64,000 nucleotides of DNA from Eledone cirrhosa. Lineage: Eukaryota. The position numbers and the translations under genes are program-made. The stretch is from contig OZ024753.1 of assembly GCA_964016885.1 (NCBI GenBank), forward strand, positions 10,602,001 through 10,666,000, written 5' to 3'. Below are positions 51,644 through 64,000 of the stretch, piece by piece (the stretch's first letter is position 1; the number at the start of each line of letters is the position of its first letter). The notes under the pieces were generated by a model. It made no database searches. It was not told the origin of the DNA and saw only the letters and a list, made by a program, of their open reading frames with translations.

Positions 51644-52047
51644 CAGTGTTGCCCAACGTAGGCACTTGTGGGCGCTGTTGTGTTGAAAGGGGGCGCTGGG
51701 ACTTTTTATTTTATTTGGTGGGCGGTAAATATACTCAGGTGGGCGGTGGGCATTAATCCATTTTTTTCTTTCAAATTTTTTAATTTTCCACTTTGGCGAC
51801 ACCAAGCGAATTCCTGGCACCAGGTGTCGCTAAAGTGAAACCCCCCAAAACAAAAACAAAAACAAAAGATGAATGGTGACAGACGACTAAAAGGAAAAAA
51901 ACGAAACAATGAAGAAAAGCTGAATGTGTGTATTTGTGTGGAAATATATAAAGAATGGTGGTCAGAATTTTGGATAAAACTGGCTTTTGGGACAAAAAGA
52001 ATCACGTCCAAAGAGGGTGCTGGCTGAAAAAAGGTTGTGAAACCCTG
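51644..52047. mobile_element. hAT (Charlie-like) MITE, about 404 bp
   Basis: Termini CAGTGTTGCCCAAC and GTTGTGAAACCCTG (imperfect TIR). Flanking 8-mers ATTTAGAC and ATTTGGGG are a possible decayed TSD. Confidence 0.5.
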
Positions 52048-52594
52048 ATTTGGGGACAGGGATCTCTGAACAAGTCTCATGGGTTCTGTGTTTCCATTTG
52101 CCTCTCCATGTTCTAAAACAACATAAATCAGATGTGTCAATTTCTTTCTGTAGCAAGCTTCTAATATTTGTATATCAACAATGTTTCATGAAAATACCTC
52201 TATGGGGCGTTCAGTTTTGCCCCTGTTCAACTTCAATGAGCAGAGCTCTGATCAAAGATAGTTCAGCCGTGACCAACTCATCTTTTCACGGGTATCAAGT
52301 AAATACATTACGCGATGTGTTTTTCTTTCATTATGATGGTGTGGGCAGGGACCTCGTTTACCTTAAAAATGTGAGGGGGACAAACCAACATTTGTTGATT
52401 CTTAAAGGAGCATAAATTGCTTATGGAGCTTTTCCCGGACCCTATCACATAAGTAAAATTTTACACTAATTAAATTTTATATATTCAAATAAAGTTCAGA
52501 TATAAAAATTAAGCTTTAAAAGAATTTATTATATCAAATAAACAAAAAGTAAAACATACACGTTTGAAAAGGTGTGTGTGTGGGGGGGGGGGGG

Positions 52595-56245
<3,651 letters not shown>

Positions 56246-56502
56246 AAAAAAGAGAGAGATGTGGAAACGACAAAGGTACAATGGCACAAGGGAAAGGGCT
56301 GGGATTGGGGTAACACAGAGAGAGAAATAGGGGCCAATGCGCAAGGGCCTACTTTAAAGATTCATTTGTAAACTCAATCCATGAAAAAATGTATGGCTGC
56401 TGTAACAAACCCTTGAGGTTTTGGGGAAATGATGTCTTTCCATTTTTAGGGGAGGGCCATAATGTCTTTCCTTTCTTCTTTCGTTATATATATATATATA
56501 TA

Positions 56503-56695
56503 TAGGAAAAAGTATGACCCCGACGGCAGAGCTCAAGCCGTTTCGACGGCTATTTCTGTCCAGAAATAGCCGTCGAAACGGTTTGAGCTCTGCCGTCGGG
56601 GTCATACTTTTTCCTGTTTCCCACTCTACTACCCTAAGTATTGAGTACTCCGGTGCTTTATGATCCATCTGGTTCCTTACCACAATTCCTTTGTT
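56503..56695 (+). mobile_element. Family C fold-back element
   Basis: Near-perfect ~110-bp hairpin AGGAAAAAGTATGACCCCGACGG...CCGTCGGGGTCATACTTTTTCCT; tail TATTGAGTAC 56639-56648; in (TA)n. Confidence 0.85.
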
Positions 56696-57817
56696 ATATA
56701 TATAATACGTATACATGTATCTATGTAAACAGACGTGTATATATATGTATGTACGTACGTATATCTATATATATATGTAAGCATGTGTATGTATCTATGC
56801 ATGTGTATGTATGTATGTATATATATATATATGTGTGTGTGTATGTGTATGTACGTGTATATATATATATATATATATGTAATTTGTTAGAAATAGCTTG
56901 TTTTATATATATACATACATACATACATATACACACACACATACACACACACACACACATATATATATATATGCGTATGTATGTATACACATACAGTCTC
57001 CCATTGTAGGGACTGTTCCCTTATCTCTATTTGTATTCTTTAAGAAAGTCATGTCCTAATTAGTAAATAATATCTATGTTTAGAGAAGAAAGGAAAACTA
57101 AATATAAGACGTAACAGATAAAGACGTAGAAATATATATAAATATATATAATTAATATATAATTATATATAAATATATAATATATATAAATAAAATATAT
57201 AAATATATACATTATATATATTTATATATAATTATATATAAATATATATAATTATATATAAATATATATAATTATATATAAATATATATAATTATATATA
57301 TATAATTATATATATTATTATATATAAATATATATAATTATATATATATAATTATATATATATATAATTATATATATAATTATATATATTATATATATAT
57401 AATTATATATATATATATAATTATATATATATATAATTATATATATATAATTCTATATAAATATATATAAATATGATGGTGGTGGTGGTGAAGGCGGTGA
57501 TGGTGATGATGATGATGGTGATGATGGTGGTGGGGATGAAGGTGGTGGTGATGAAGGTGGTGGTGATGGTGATGATGATGGTGGTGGTGATGGTGGTGAT
57601 GATGGCGAAGCTGATGACGATGATGATACGACTAATACCACCACCAACACTCCCATCATCATTACCACCACCACCAACACTCCCATCATCATTACCACCA
57701 CCACCACCATCATTACCACCACCACCACCATCATTACCACCACCACCACCACCACCATCATTACCACCACCACCAGCAAACCGCTGCAATCAGCATTACC
57801 AATAACAATAATAATAA

Positions 57818-58056
57818 TAATTGTTTCTACTTTTGGCACAAGGCCAGCAATTACCCAGTGCATTACTGGTACTTTATTTTATCGACCCCGTAAGGATGAA
57901 AGGCAAAGTTAACCTCGGCGGGATTTGAACTCAGAATGGCAAGGACCGTAACTCTATACGTCAAAACATGGCGTCCGACCCTCTACCGATACTGCCAATT
58001 ATAATTGTTTCTACTTTAGGCACAAGGCCAGCAATAACCTCCAGTACATTACTGGT
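57818..58056 (-). mobile_element. Main-family SINE plus a second partial copy running into the gap
   Basis: Reverse-complement tail, core and A box; a second tail starts at ~58000. Confidence 0.8.
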
Positions 58057-58256
58057 NNNNNNNNNNNNNNNNNNNNNNNNNNNNNNNNNNNNNNNNNNNN
58101 NNNNNNNNNNNNNNNNNNNNNNNNNNNNNNNNNNNNNNNNNNNNNNNNNNNNNNNNNNNNNNNNNNNNNNNNNNNNNNNNNNNNNNNNNNNNNNNNNNNN
58201 NNNNNNNNNNNNNNNNNNNNNNNNNNNNNNNNNNNNNNNNNNNNNNNNNNNNNNNN
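58057..58256. other. Assembly gap (200 N)
   Basis: Run of N; the round length indicates a scaffolding placeholder. Confidence 0.99.

Positions 58257-64000
<5,744 letters not shown>

Noticed and set aside
52055-52330. Minus-strand peptides HGEANGNTEPMRL and DELVTAELSLIRALL resembling a transposase N-terminus
   Set aside because: Similarity is weak and frameshifted, and no termini were found.

Overview
Repeat-dominated, AT-rich eukaryotic DNA with no supportable host protein-coding exon. The SINE, LINE and microsatellite repertoire resembles a coleoid cephalopod, probably an octopod; this assignment rests on recalled repeat sequences, not on a search. Nearly all long ORFs in the track are artefacts of microsatellites or satellites. 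Contents: (1) a 17.5-kb array of a 50-bp satellite with 1.5-2.5-kb higher-order repeats, then a 40-bp satellite, then a 3.6-kb inverted block of the same 50-mer; (2) a full-length DD37D (maT) Tc1/mariner transposon disabled by one stop codon; (3) a complete 1-kb non-autonomous Helitron, a deleted Tc1-like element, piggyBac- and hAT-type MITEs, an R4/Dong-like RLE LINE 3' end, RTE LINE fragments and about 15 tRNA-derived SINE copies; (4) a probable false duplication across a 200-N gap; (5) a possible housekeeping-type promoter near 50.4-51.1 kb. The most interesting signal is a set of at least five unrelated families of short (150-300 bp) elements sitting in (TA)n or related microsatellites. 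They carry complete or half type I hammerhead ribozyme cores with palindromic helix III, often folded back into long inverted duplications, and several share a downstream TATTGAGTAC-like motif. This suggests a diversified Penelope-like/retrozyme-type system of self-cleaving, microsatellite-targeting elements.
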